DNA of 62,485 nt from an uncultured Erysipelotrichaceae bacterium (GTDB taxonomy: Bacteria; Bacillota_I; Bacilli_A; RF39; UBA660), in NCBI GenBank assembly GCA_902778125.1, contig CACYWH010000010.1, positions 1 to 62,485 of the forward strand. The letters run 5' to 3'. Under the pieces are notes generated by a model that saw nothing but the letters and a program-made list of their open reading frames with translations, did no database searches and was not told the origin of the DNA. Shown here piece after piece: positions 39,697 to 47,662 of the stretch; the stretch's first letter is position 1, and every line of letters begins with the position of its first letter. Both the position numbers and the translations under genes were made by a program.

Positions 39697-41076
39697 ATGA
39701 AAAATGATGATAATAGAAAGTATTCAGAATTAGAAATATCACAAATATTAAAAGAAACATTGGGTAAAACATTTGGTGAGATTAATCAATATGAAATAGA
39801 AACATTTAACAAAGGCACATTTGGTCATATATATGAAACTGATGTTTATGGTTACAACATGAATTCATATTCTGAACCTGATTTTATAGATGCTGGTATT
39901 GAATTAAAAGTTACTCCATATAAGAAGAATAATGACAATACTTTATCTGCAAAAGAAAGATTAGTTTTTAATATTATTAATTATGATGATGAAATCAAAA
40001 ATCCATTTAGAAAAAGTCACTTTTGGTATAAAAATAATAAAGTCCAAATAATTTGGTATTTATGGGAACCAAATAAAAAGAAAAGTGATTTTAGAATCAC
40101 ACATGAAAAATTGTTAAATTTAGCATTAAGTGAAGATTTAAAACAAATAGAGGAAGACTGGAATACCATAATCAATAAAATAAAAGCTGGAAAAGCTCAT
40201 GAAATATCAGAAGCTGATACGATGTATTTAGGAGCTTGTACTAAAGGTGCAAATGCTAATTCTTTAAGAAGCCAGCCATTCTCAAATATAAAAGCAAAGC
40301 AAAGAGCATTTTGCTTTAAAGTTTCATATATGACTCAACTTGTTCGTAAGTATATTGGTAGGTATGAAGATGTTGAAAGATTTTTAAACAATAAAAATAT
40401 ATCAATAACTGAATTTATAGATGATATTGTTAATAAGTATAAAGGAAAAACTCAAACTGAGTTAATGAATATTTTTAATATAGATACTAAAGCAAAAAAT
40501 ATTAGAGACATGATAATTAGAAGAATGTTCAATGTTAAGGGAGAACTTGATAAGACTGAAGAATTTATGAAAGCCAATATTATTCCAAGAACATTAAGAG
40601 TTGAAGAAAATGGTAGAATAATTGAATCGTTATCTTTTCCTGCTTTTAAGTATAAAGAAATTATTAATGAAGAGTGGGAGGACTCACTATTAAAGAATAC
40701 ATTTGAAGAAACAAAATATATGTTCTTTATATTTAAGAATAATGGTAAAGATTATGTGTTCAAAGGAATTAAATTGTGGAATATGCCAGAAATGATTATT
40801 GAAGGCGATTTAAAGAATGTATGGCAAAAAACAATTGATGTCATTAAATCTGGTAATATAGTAAAAGAAATAGATGAAAATGGTAGAAGAATTACTAATT
40901 TCCCTGGTATGTCTGAAAATGGAGTATGTCATGTTAGACCTCACGGAAGAGATTCAAAAGATACATTCGATTTACCAGTACCAGATAAGTTAACTGGTGC
41001 TACTAAATATACAAAATATGCATTTTGGCTAAATAATAGTTACTTAAAAAAAGTTATATCTGATTGTTTAGAATAG
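39697..41076 (+). CDS. Type II restriction endonuclease, Sau3AI/MutH family (predicted GATC)
   Basis: EPDFIDAGIELKVTPYKK (MutH-type D..ExK), SAKERLVFNIINYD, AGKAHEISEADTMYLGACTKGANANSLRSQPFSNIKAKQRAF, and a C-terminal second MutH-like half (CHVRPHGRD). Close parallel to R.Sau3AI as I recall it. Confidence 0.85.
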   Translation: MKNDDNRKYSELEISQILKETLGKTFGEINQYEIETFNKGTFGHIYETDVYGYNMNSYSEPDFIDAGIELKVTPYKKNNDNTLSAKERLVFNIINYDDEIKNPFRKSHFWYKNNKVQIIWYLWEPNKKKSDFRITHEKLLNLALSEDLKQIEEDWNTIINKIKAGKAHEISEADTMYLGACTKGANANSLRSQPFSNIKAKQRAFCFKVSYMTQLVRKYIGRYEDVERFLNNKNISITEFIDDIVNKYKGKTQTELMNIFNIDTKAKNIRDMIIRRMFNVKGELDKTEEFMKANIIPRTLRVEENGRIIESLSFPAFKYKEIINEEWEDSLLKNTFEETKYMFFIFKNNGKDYVFKGIKLWNMPEMIIEGDLKNVWQKTIDVIKSGNIVKEIDENGRRITNFPGMSENGVCHVRPHGRDSKDTFDLPVPDKLTGATKYTKYAFWLNNSYLKKVISDCLE

Positions 41077-41089
41077 GAAGTGAAACATA

Positions 41090-42334
41090 ATGAATAATAA
41101 AGTATCTTTTGAAGAAGTAATAAGTAATAAAAATAATAAGCTGATAATTGACTGTATATATGAAAATAAAAAACCAAATGTTGACTACAGCTGTAGAGTA
41201 TTACCAAAGTTAATGCGTGTTCAAAATTCTGGTGGATTTAGACCAATAGGGGAGTATAAGCATAATTTTGACGTTAAGTATGTTGTTTTATATTCAACAA
41301 ATGAAGATATATACTGGCAAGATGTTTTAGATGAAGAATTAGGATTGTATATTTATTATGGTGATAATCAGAAAGCGGGAAGAGATTTACATAATACAAA
41401 GTTAGGTGGTAATTTAATATTAAAACAAGTATTTGAATTGGCTTCAAATAGCAATTTTTCTGAAAGAAAAAAAATTCCACCATTTTTCTTGTTTGAAAAA
41501 ACATCTGATAATAATGTTAAATTCAGTGGTTTGCTTGTCCCGGGATACAAAGATATAAATCAAAAAGAATGGCTAACAGCTATTTGGGCAAAGCGTAATG
41601 AAGGCGGAAGATTTCAAAACTATAAAGCTATGTTTACTGTTTTAGATACTTCTTCAGGTTCAAATAGTAATCCTAATGATGCATCTATAGATTTAAGATG
41701 GTTAGATGATTTACGAAATGGAAAGGGATATGAAAGTAAATATGCACCAACATCCTGGAAAAAATGGATTGAGAAAGGCATATATAAACCCTTAACTGTT
41801 AATTTAGATTCGAGAATTAGATCAAGAGAAGAACAATTACCATCAAATAATAATCAAATTGAAATGTTAAAATATATTCATGATTATTTTATTGATAAGC
41901 CTACTAACTTTGAAGCATTTGCAATTTCACTAACAATGCTTGCGGATGGTAACATTATTAATTGTGATAATACAAGGCCTAGTAGAGACGGTGGAAGAGA
42001 TGGTATAGGCGAATATAGAATCATGAATAAAATATCTCAAGCACTTAAAACTACATTTGCTGTTGAAGCAAAGTGTTATGATTTAAATAACAGTGTTGGT
42101 GTCAAAGAAACTTCAAGATTGATTTCAAGAATTAGGCATCGTCAATTTGGTGTTTTTGTTACCACATCTTTTGTAGATAAGCAAGCATATAAAGAGATAA
42201 TTGAGGATGAACAACCAATAGCAATCATTTCTGGAATTGATATAATTGATATTTTATTTCAAAATCAAATTACTGATATCATTAAATTAAAGGATTATTT
42301 AGAAAAGTATTTTCCACAAGATTTAGATATTTAA
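41090..42334 (+). CDS. Modification-dependent (type IV-like) restriction endonuclease: N-terminal SRA/YDG-like 5mC-reader plus C-terminal Mrr-type PD-(D/E)xK nuclease
   Basis: The N-terminal LYIYYGDNQKAGRDLHNTKLGGNLILK parallels the SRA signature (YTGxGGRDL...Q.L..GN.AL). The C-terminal RDGGRDGIGEY..TFAVEAKCY..GVFVTTSF is an Mrr_cat-type core. Confidence 0.55.
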   Translation: MNNKVSFEEVISNKNNKLIIDCIYENKKPNVDYSCRVLPKLMRVQNSGGFRPIGEYKHNFDVKYVVLYSTNEDIYWQDVLDEELGLYIYYGDNQKAGRDLHNTKLGGNLILKQVFELASNSNFSERKKIPPFFLFEKTSDNNVKFSGLLVPGYKDINQKEWLTAIWAKRNEGGRFQNYKAMFTVLDTSSGSNSNPNDASIDLRWLDDLRNGKGYESKYAPTSWKKWIEKGIYKPLTVNLDSRIRSREEQLPSNNNQIEMLKYIHDYFIDKPTNFEAFAISLTMLADGNIINCDNTRPSRDGGRDGIGEYRIMNKISQALKTTFAVEAKCYDLNNSVGVKETSRLISRIRHRQFGVFVTTSFVDKQAYKEIIEDEQPIAIISGIDIIDILFQNQITDIIKLKDYLEKYFPQDLDI

Positions 42335-42353
42335 AAATTAAAAATCACAAGAA

Positions 42354-42605
42354 TTAATCTTGTGATTTTTTGGTGAATGATTTAATAAAATCTATATCAA
42401 TAGATAGTTTTTTGACTACTAATTCAGTTGGTACAACAAAAGGTGGAACTATAAATCCTTTGCTTTTTAATTCATTACAAATTTGTTCTTTAATTATTCT
42501 AGCTTGTCTTATACCAACATTTGCTAATTTTTGTATGTCTTTTGTACTGCACCATTGTTTTGATACTAATTGTATAATTTCTTCGTTTGATATTTGTTTT
42601 TTCAC
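42354..42605 (-). CDS. Small helix-turn-helix DNA-binding protein (excisionase/regulator-like), GTG start
   Basis: 83 aa. A perfect SD (AGGAGG) lies 8 nt upstream. WCSTKDIQKLANVGIRQARIIKEQI looks like an HTH. Assignment as Xis-like is inference only. Confidence 0.4.
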   Translation of the reverse strand: MKKQISNEEIIQLVSKQWCSTKDIQKLANVGIRQARIIKEQICNELKSKGFIVPPFVVPTELVVKKLSIDIDFIKSFTKKSQD

Positions 42606-42653
42606 TAATAAACCTCCTTTCTTAGATTCTTTAGTTAGAATGTAATAAATAAT

Positions 42654-42677
42654 ATTTAAACTACCATTTAAACTACC
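42654..42677. repeat. Tandem 12-nt direct repeat (ATTTAAACTACC x2) in the upstream region of the HTH gene
   Basis: Read directly at 42654-42665 and 42666-42677. Confidence 0.8.
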
Positions 42678-43018
42678 AAAATACTAGAAATATGGTAATC
42701 TCAATTAAACTTTGTAATGAATAATAATAAGATTTAGTAAGAAATAATGGGCTTTTAAACTCGAAGGTACATGAAATTAAGGTTCCCCCTGAAGAGAGCA
42801 ATATAGTTTTTTATTTGTTTCCAAGTTTTAAGTATATGAATGAAATTGCGATAGGTACTATTTTTATGTTATAATTACTAATAGAAATATAATATTGTAT
42901 ATAAAAACGATTGTTATAAATATATTAGTTATAATAATTGATTAAACTTAAAAGAAAAATCAAGGTTAAACATACTAAAAATCAGTTATTGGTTTTCAAA
43001 AATTGATAGGAGGCAGTT

Positions 43019-44059
43019 ATGATTAATCCAAATGAATTTTATGATAAAACAAAAGTTGGTGTTAATGAAGAATTAATAGATAAACTATTAGACAAATATT
43101 TAAAAATATCGTATAAAGATATGAATTGGAGTGAAACGGATATTGAAAATTATAAAAATGTTCACGGCGGAAAAAATCCTAGCATAAGTCAATTGTATAG
43201 CAAAATTAATAACTATGATGATGAAATTAAACCTAGAAATATTAAAGATTCCGATTTGTTTTTTAAAGAAATTAATAGAGATTTTTTTGCTGCAGGGATG
43301 CCATTTGATCCCTCAACCCATGGTGGAATTACAAACCCCTTGGCTGTTATGCCTGGATGGTATACATTAAAGTCATGGTATATATTGGGTACAGATAAAA
43401 TACATGATAGTGATTTTGCTCACAGATTTTATTTTGGCATTCCAAATGATCAAAAATACAGATTGGCTAATGTTTTATATGATGAATTTAAAAATGCAAA
43501 TATTCCATTCTATTTTAAAATTAATGTTTTTGATGAAGAACGTACAGATAATATTGTTTTATATACATCCAATGCATTACTAGAAGAAACGATTAATGTA
43601 TTAAGAAGTGTCGAGACTAAAATGCCTGATTTAATTAATTTGTGTGGAGAACCATCAATTATTGTTGGAAAATTTACGAATAAGATTGGGTATGCAAGTG
43701 AAAACCCTACTTTAAAAACATCTTATACCGACTTAATATGTACTGAATTTATTGATTCGTTAGATACTGTTTTAGATTTATATGCGAATAAAAATGTAAA
43801 TCCTAGAATTATAAATGCCTATAAGTCAAAAATTAATAAATATCTTAATGCTGGTAAAAAAGTTGAAATGAGAGCTAGAAGAAGAATACTCTTAGAAGTA
43901 TTATTAAATGAAGAACCAGTATTTAAAAGTAAGTTACTTGATGAATTTAAAAAGAGAGTATGCGCTGATGGGCTTGATTTAAATAATATATGCTTTAGCA
44001 ATAATTCAAAGTCACAAATGGAATCTCAATATGATATAGGTAATAGTATTCATAGATAA
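43019..44059 (+). CDS. Hypothetical protein; weak resemblance to the HopA1-effector-like family annotated in Gram-positives
   Basis: 346 aa, RBS AGGAGG. HRFYFGIP..IPFYFKINVF..ERTDNIVLYTS recalls that family. The call rests on memory only. Confidence 0.25.
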   Translation: MINPNEFYDKTKVGVNEELIDKLLDKYLKISYKDMNWSETDIENYKNVHGGKNPSISQLYSKINNYDDEIKPRNIKDSDLFFKEINRDFFAAGMPFDPSTHGGITNPLAVMPGWYTLKSWYILGTDKIHDSDFAHRFYFGIPNDQKYRLANVLYDEFKNANIPFYFKINVFDEERTDNIVLYTSNALLEETINVLRSVETKMPDLINLCGEPSIIVGKFTNKIGYASENPTLKTSYTDLICTEFIDSLDTVLDLYANKNVNPRIINAYKSKINKYLNAGKKVEMRARRRILLEVLLNEEPVFKSKLLDEFKKRVCADGLDLNNICFSNNSKSQMESQYDIGNSIHR

Positions 44060-44235
44060 TTTAATTTTATGGCTCTAAAAAGTAGTTTCTTTAAAAGTAT
44101 ACTACTTTTTTATGTATATAAAATTATAATAACACACGAAAATGTTAGTGATATGATAAATAAGTAGTGCTCAATAATTAAAATATTTTTTAAATTGTTT
44201 TTATGTTATAATTTATTTGAAGATAGGGTGATTGT

Positions 44236-45888
44236 ATGGAATTCTTTCTTGGACTAATAGTTTTGTTTATAATAGTTTTTACTTTAGTTAAAGACTATTA
44301 TAAAAAAGATAAAAATAGTAAAAAAGACAAACACATAGTTAACAAAAAGAAAAATGTTAATTATATAGAAAATAATAAAGAAGACAATAAAGAAGATAGA
44401 AGATTAACCATAAAGAGTATAGATGAAATAGAAAAAATTAAAAATATAGAAACTCTTGAATATATAAAAGAAGAAATTGATTATGTGAAACCAAATATAT
44501 CACTTTTAGATGACGGTGAAAAAGATAATGTTAGCGGAGATGAAATTAAAAATAAAATAAAAATAATAGATGATACATTAAATTCTTTTAAGATAAATGC
44601 TAAAGTATGTAATGTAAACATCAGCACGTTAGTTAGTGTCTTTGAAATAGAAATATCTCCTAATACTAATGTTGATAAGATTAAAAATATATTTGATAAT
44701 TTTAAAGTTGCACTTGGTAATAAAAAAATAAGATTAATAATTCCTATCCCTGGAAAAAATACTATAGGTATAGAAGTTCCAAATGATTATGAAAGCAAAA
44801 TTGTATTAAAAGATATGTTAAGTGATATTCCTGATAAATATAAGAATTCTAATATATTAATACCAGTCGGAATTGATTCATATGGGAAAAAGAAATATTT
44901 TGATTTATCTGACTATCAAAATTTGCTTGTTGTTGGTTCTCCAGGGAGTGGAAAGAAAAATTTTTTACATTCTATAATTACTTCATCTTTAATAAATAAT
45001 ACACCCAATGAATTAAAAATTATAATAATAGATAATAGTAAGACTGAATTTGCTGTATATGAATCTGCTAACTATATGGTTAACGTGATAAGTGATTCTA
45101 AAAAAATAGAATCTACTTTTAAAACTATCAGCAATAAAATGAATGAAAGAAAAGAAGAACTTTCAACTTGTAATTCCAAAGATATATATGAATATAATAA
45201 ACAAGGTGGAAAATTAATAAATTTTGAATCTATTTTATTGATAATAAATTCATATAGTGATATTTATCAATCAAATAAAGCCATTAATAACTATATAAAT
45301 GAAATAATTAATAATGGAAAAAATCTTGGAGTGAATCTTATCTTATGCGCTAATAACTCATATTCTAAATTTGATAAATATATTGATGAATTAGATTTTA
45401 ACTCAGTTATATTATTTAAATCCAATAATGATTTTAAATATAATAAAGTGACTGATAATGATATCCTTTTAGGAAATGGTGACATGTTTTGTAAATTATA
45501 TGGTGAAAAAGATATAACTAGATTACAATCACCATATATTACTTTTGATGAATCAAAAAGAATTGTTAATTTTATAAAAGAAAATAACAATAGACCTAGA
45601 TATAGTGATAGCTTCGCTAACTTTGAAAGCGATAACGAATCTAGTGGAAGTGTTTCAGGAGAGGGATCTTCTTCTGAACAAAAAGATGTGTTATATGATG
45701 AAATATTAAATTATGCTATTAGAATGGGACAAATAAGTGCTTCATTAATTCAAAGAAAATATAGTATAGGTTATAATAGAGCAGCTCGTATAATGGATAT
45801 GTTTGAAGAAAAAGGTATTGTTGGTCCTGCAAAAGGAAGTAACCCACGCAAAGTACTAGTAAAATTAGGAGATGAAAGTGAAATATGA
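44236..45888 (+). CDS. FtsK/SpoIIIE-family protein with degenerate ATPase motifs and an intact C-terminal gamma (wHTH) domain
   Basis: One N-terminal TM. The Walker A-like motif reads GSPGSGKKN (K in place of S/T). The Walker B position reads LLIINSYSD (no DE). The QRP arginine-finger position reads ANNSYS. Gamma domain: LYDEILNYAIRMGQISASLIQRKYSIGYNRAARIMDMFEEKGIVGP. Confidence 0.75.
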   Translation: MEFFLGLIVLFIIVFTLVKDYYKKDKNSKKDKHIVNKKKNVNYIENNKEDNKEDRRLTIKSIDEIEKIKNIETLEYIKEEIDYVKPNISLLDDGEKDNVSGDEIKNKIKIIDDTLNSFKINAKVCNVNISTLVSVFEIEISPNTNVDKIKNIFDNFKVALGNKKIRLIIPIPGKNTIGIEVPNDYESKIVLKDMLSDIPDKYKNSNILIPVGIDSYGKKKYFDLSDYQNLLVVGSPGSGKKNFLHSIITSSLINNTPNELKIIIIDNSKTEFAVYESANYMVNVISDSKKIESTFKTISNKMNERKEELSTCNSKDIYEYNKQGGKLINFESILLIINSYSDIYQSNKAINNYINEIINNGKNLGVNLILCANNSYSKFDKYIDELDFNSVILFKSNNDFKYNKVTDNDILLGNGDMFCKLYGEKDITRLQSPYITFDESKRIVNFIKENNNRPRYSDSFANFESDNESSGSVSGEGSSSEQKDVLYDEILNYAIRMGQISASLIQRKYSIGYNRAARIMDMFEEKGIVGPAKGSNPRKVLVKLGDESEI

Positions 45889-46019
45889 AATGGCTAAAGA
45901 ATTTATTTGAGGCTCCCTTAGTGGGTGGTTTATATCTGTTTTATTTAATTATGAAAATATTGTTTATCCTACTTGCATTATTTATTTTGGTATGTATTGT
46001 TTTTGCTATAATTGGTTAA
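45885..46019 (+). CDS. Small hydrophobic protein (44 aa), start overlaps the ftsK-like stop (ATGA)
   Basis: Own translation: MKWLKNLFEAPLVGGLYLFYLIMKILFILLALFILVCIVFAIIG. Below the ORF-track cutoff. Confidence 0.4.
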   Translation: MKWLKNLFEAPLVGGLYLFYLIMKILFILLALFILVCIVFAIIG

Positions 46020-46033
46020 AATTAAAAACTTTG

Positions 46034-46912
46034 TTATCGTAAAAGATTAACAAAGTTTTTAATTATAATATTATTTTTTCTATTTGGATCTAATAAACAA
46101 ACTAAATCTTTTTCTTCTATATTGAATGATGTTTTAAGTTCAAATAATTCTTTATTGTCTAATTTATTTTGAACATATTCTTTAACTACAAGGCCGACAC
46201 CTAATCCACTTTGTGCACATTCTTCAACTATTAAGTCATTTCCAATTTCCATTAATGGCTTAATTACTATATTATTAGTATTACAAAATTTATCGAAATT
46301 CTTTCTATTACTAGCAGTTAATGGTAAAAGAATTAGCGGTAACTTTTCTAAATCTTTTTTATTAATTATTTTATTTAAGTATTTACTATCTCTATTAACA
46401 ACTAAAATATCATGTAATTTTTTAATTTTAATAATTTCAAAATTATCAGGTATATTATTTGGTAAATGAGTAAATATAATATCAATTAATCCTATTTGTG
46501 CTTTTTTTATTAATTCACCAGTAACTAGTGTATGAACTATCACATTAATATTTGGATATAATTCATGAAATTTTTTTATATATGGCATTAAATATCTTTG
46601 CATTATTGTATTTCCAGCACCTATATTAATTGTTCCTTGTTCCATGTTATTTAGACTCATTAAGTCTTCTTCTGCAGATACAATTAATTCCATTGATTGT
46701 TTAATCTTTTTATATAAAAGTTCACCAGCATTATTAAGAGATACACCATCTTTTTTTCTATTAAAAAGTACAGTGTTTAAATCTCGTTCTAGTACTTTGA
46801 TTGCTTTACTTACTGCCGGTTGACTAACCATTAATTCGTTAGCGGCTTGAGTTATATTTCCGTTTTTAGCGACATAATAAAATGTTTTATATAATTCTAA
46901 ATTTGTTTTCAT
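46034..46912 (-). CDS. LysR-family transcriptional regulator
   Basis: N-terminal wHTH LELYKTFYYVAKNGNITQAANELMVSQPAVSKAIKVLERDL and a C-terminal substrate-binding fold. 292 aa. Confidence 0.9.
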   Translation of the reverse strand: MKTNLELYKTFYYVAKNGNITQAANELMVSQPAVSKAIKVLERDLNTVLFNRKKDGVSLNNAGELLYKKIKQSMELIVSAEEDLMSLNNMEQGTINIGAGNTIMQRYLMPYIKKFHELYPNINVIVHTLVTGELIKKAQIGLIDIIFTHLPNNIPDNFEIIKIKKLHDILVVNRDSKYLNKIINKKDLEKLPLILLPLTASNRKNFDKFCNTNNIVIKPLMEIGNDLIVEECAQSGLGVGLVVKEYVQNKLDNKELFELKTSFNIEEKDLVCLLDPNRKNNIIIKNFVNLLR

Positions 46913-46922
46913 AGTTCCTCCT

Positions 46923-46937
46923 ATAACTTATGGTTAT
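46923..46937. promoter_or_regulatory. LTTR-box-like palindrome (T-N11-A) in the divergent lysR intergenic region
   Basis: ATAAC-TTATG-GTTAT, 11 nt upstream of the lysR start codon. Confidence 0.45.
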
Positions 46938-47043
46938 GTTTGATATGAAAAATATGTATTTTAATTATATCATCATTTTGATTATAATACAAACTTGTTT
47001 GTATGGCCAGTCAAACAAAAACTATAGAAGGAGGGTTTAAAAG

Positions 47044-47598
47044 ATGGGAAAATCTATTAAGGAAAAAATGCTTGATTTAATGAATGGTCAAGAAGTAGAA
47101 CGTGTTAATTTCTTTAATGACGGTAGTGTAACTACTGATAATTATTCATTTGTAGAGCATTCATATTTTTCTACTGCTGCGATAGGTAAAACATTCTATG
47201 ATGCTGCTGAAAGTTATTTTTATCAATGTGATTTTGATAATATTTCTATGGATTTATTATTAGGACTTGTATATGATAAAAAGTATGTTAACGATGATAA
47301 CAGTTTAAAAGAAAATGCTAAACCTATGGATAATATTGTTAGATACTATACTGGTAGTGTTAAAAGCTATTTAGATAATGTTCAGACAAATACTGAAGAT
47401 TATTATAAGTATGGTGTTGGAAGACAAGGATATGTTAAATATGATGATTTATTATCTATGGTTGAACATGAAGGATTAGCTTTTACAGGACCAAAAACAT
47501 TTGAAGAATTTAGAGATTTAATTCTTTGCAAATGTAAATTTGATGTTAGAATATCTGCTAATCTAAAGCAAGAAAAACAAAAGAAGTTAATAAAATAA
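47044..47598 (+). CDS. Hypothetical protein (divergent from lysR)
   Basis: 184-aa ORF, RBS GAAGGAGGG. No motif recognised. Confidence 0.5.
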   Translation: MGKSIKEKMLDLMNGQEVERVNFFNDGSVTTDNYSFVEHSYFSTAAIGKTFYDAAESYFYQCDFDNISMDLLLGLVYDKKYVNDDNSLKENAKPMDNIVRYYTGSVKSYLDNVQTNTEDYYKYGVGRQGYVKYDDLLSMVEHEGLAFTGPKTFEEFRDLILCKCKFDVRISANLKQEKQKKLIK

Positions 47599-47662
47599 TG
47601 GAAAGGAATTACTTAATTGTAATTCCTTTTTTATAATGCTATACTAATATTAGAGGTAAGAT

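Noticed and set aside
28952-42605. Prophage, ICE or transposon identity for the island
   Set aside because: No integrase or transposase, no capsid, tail, portal or terminase genes, and no conjugation (VirB4/VirD4/relaxase) genes. Only a small HTH gene and a possible 10-nt flanking repeat hint at past mobility.
42370-42645. Plus-strand 91-aa ORF overlapping the small HTH gene
   Set aside because: The minus-strand frame has a perfect AGGAGG SD and an HTH-like sequence. The plus-strand frame has no RBS and gives a low-complexity translation.
44236-45888. The FtsK/SpoIIIE-like gene as a second EssC-type T7SS ATPase
   Set aside because: It has a single P-loop-like domain and a C-terminal DNA-binding gamma wHTH typical of chromosome translocases, with no FHA domains. 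It lies more than 6 kb from the first T7SS-associated gene, and unrelated genes sit in between.
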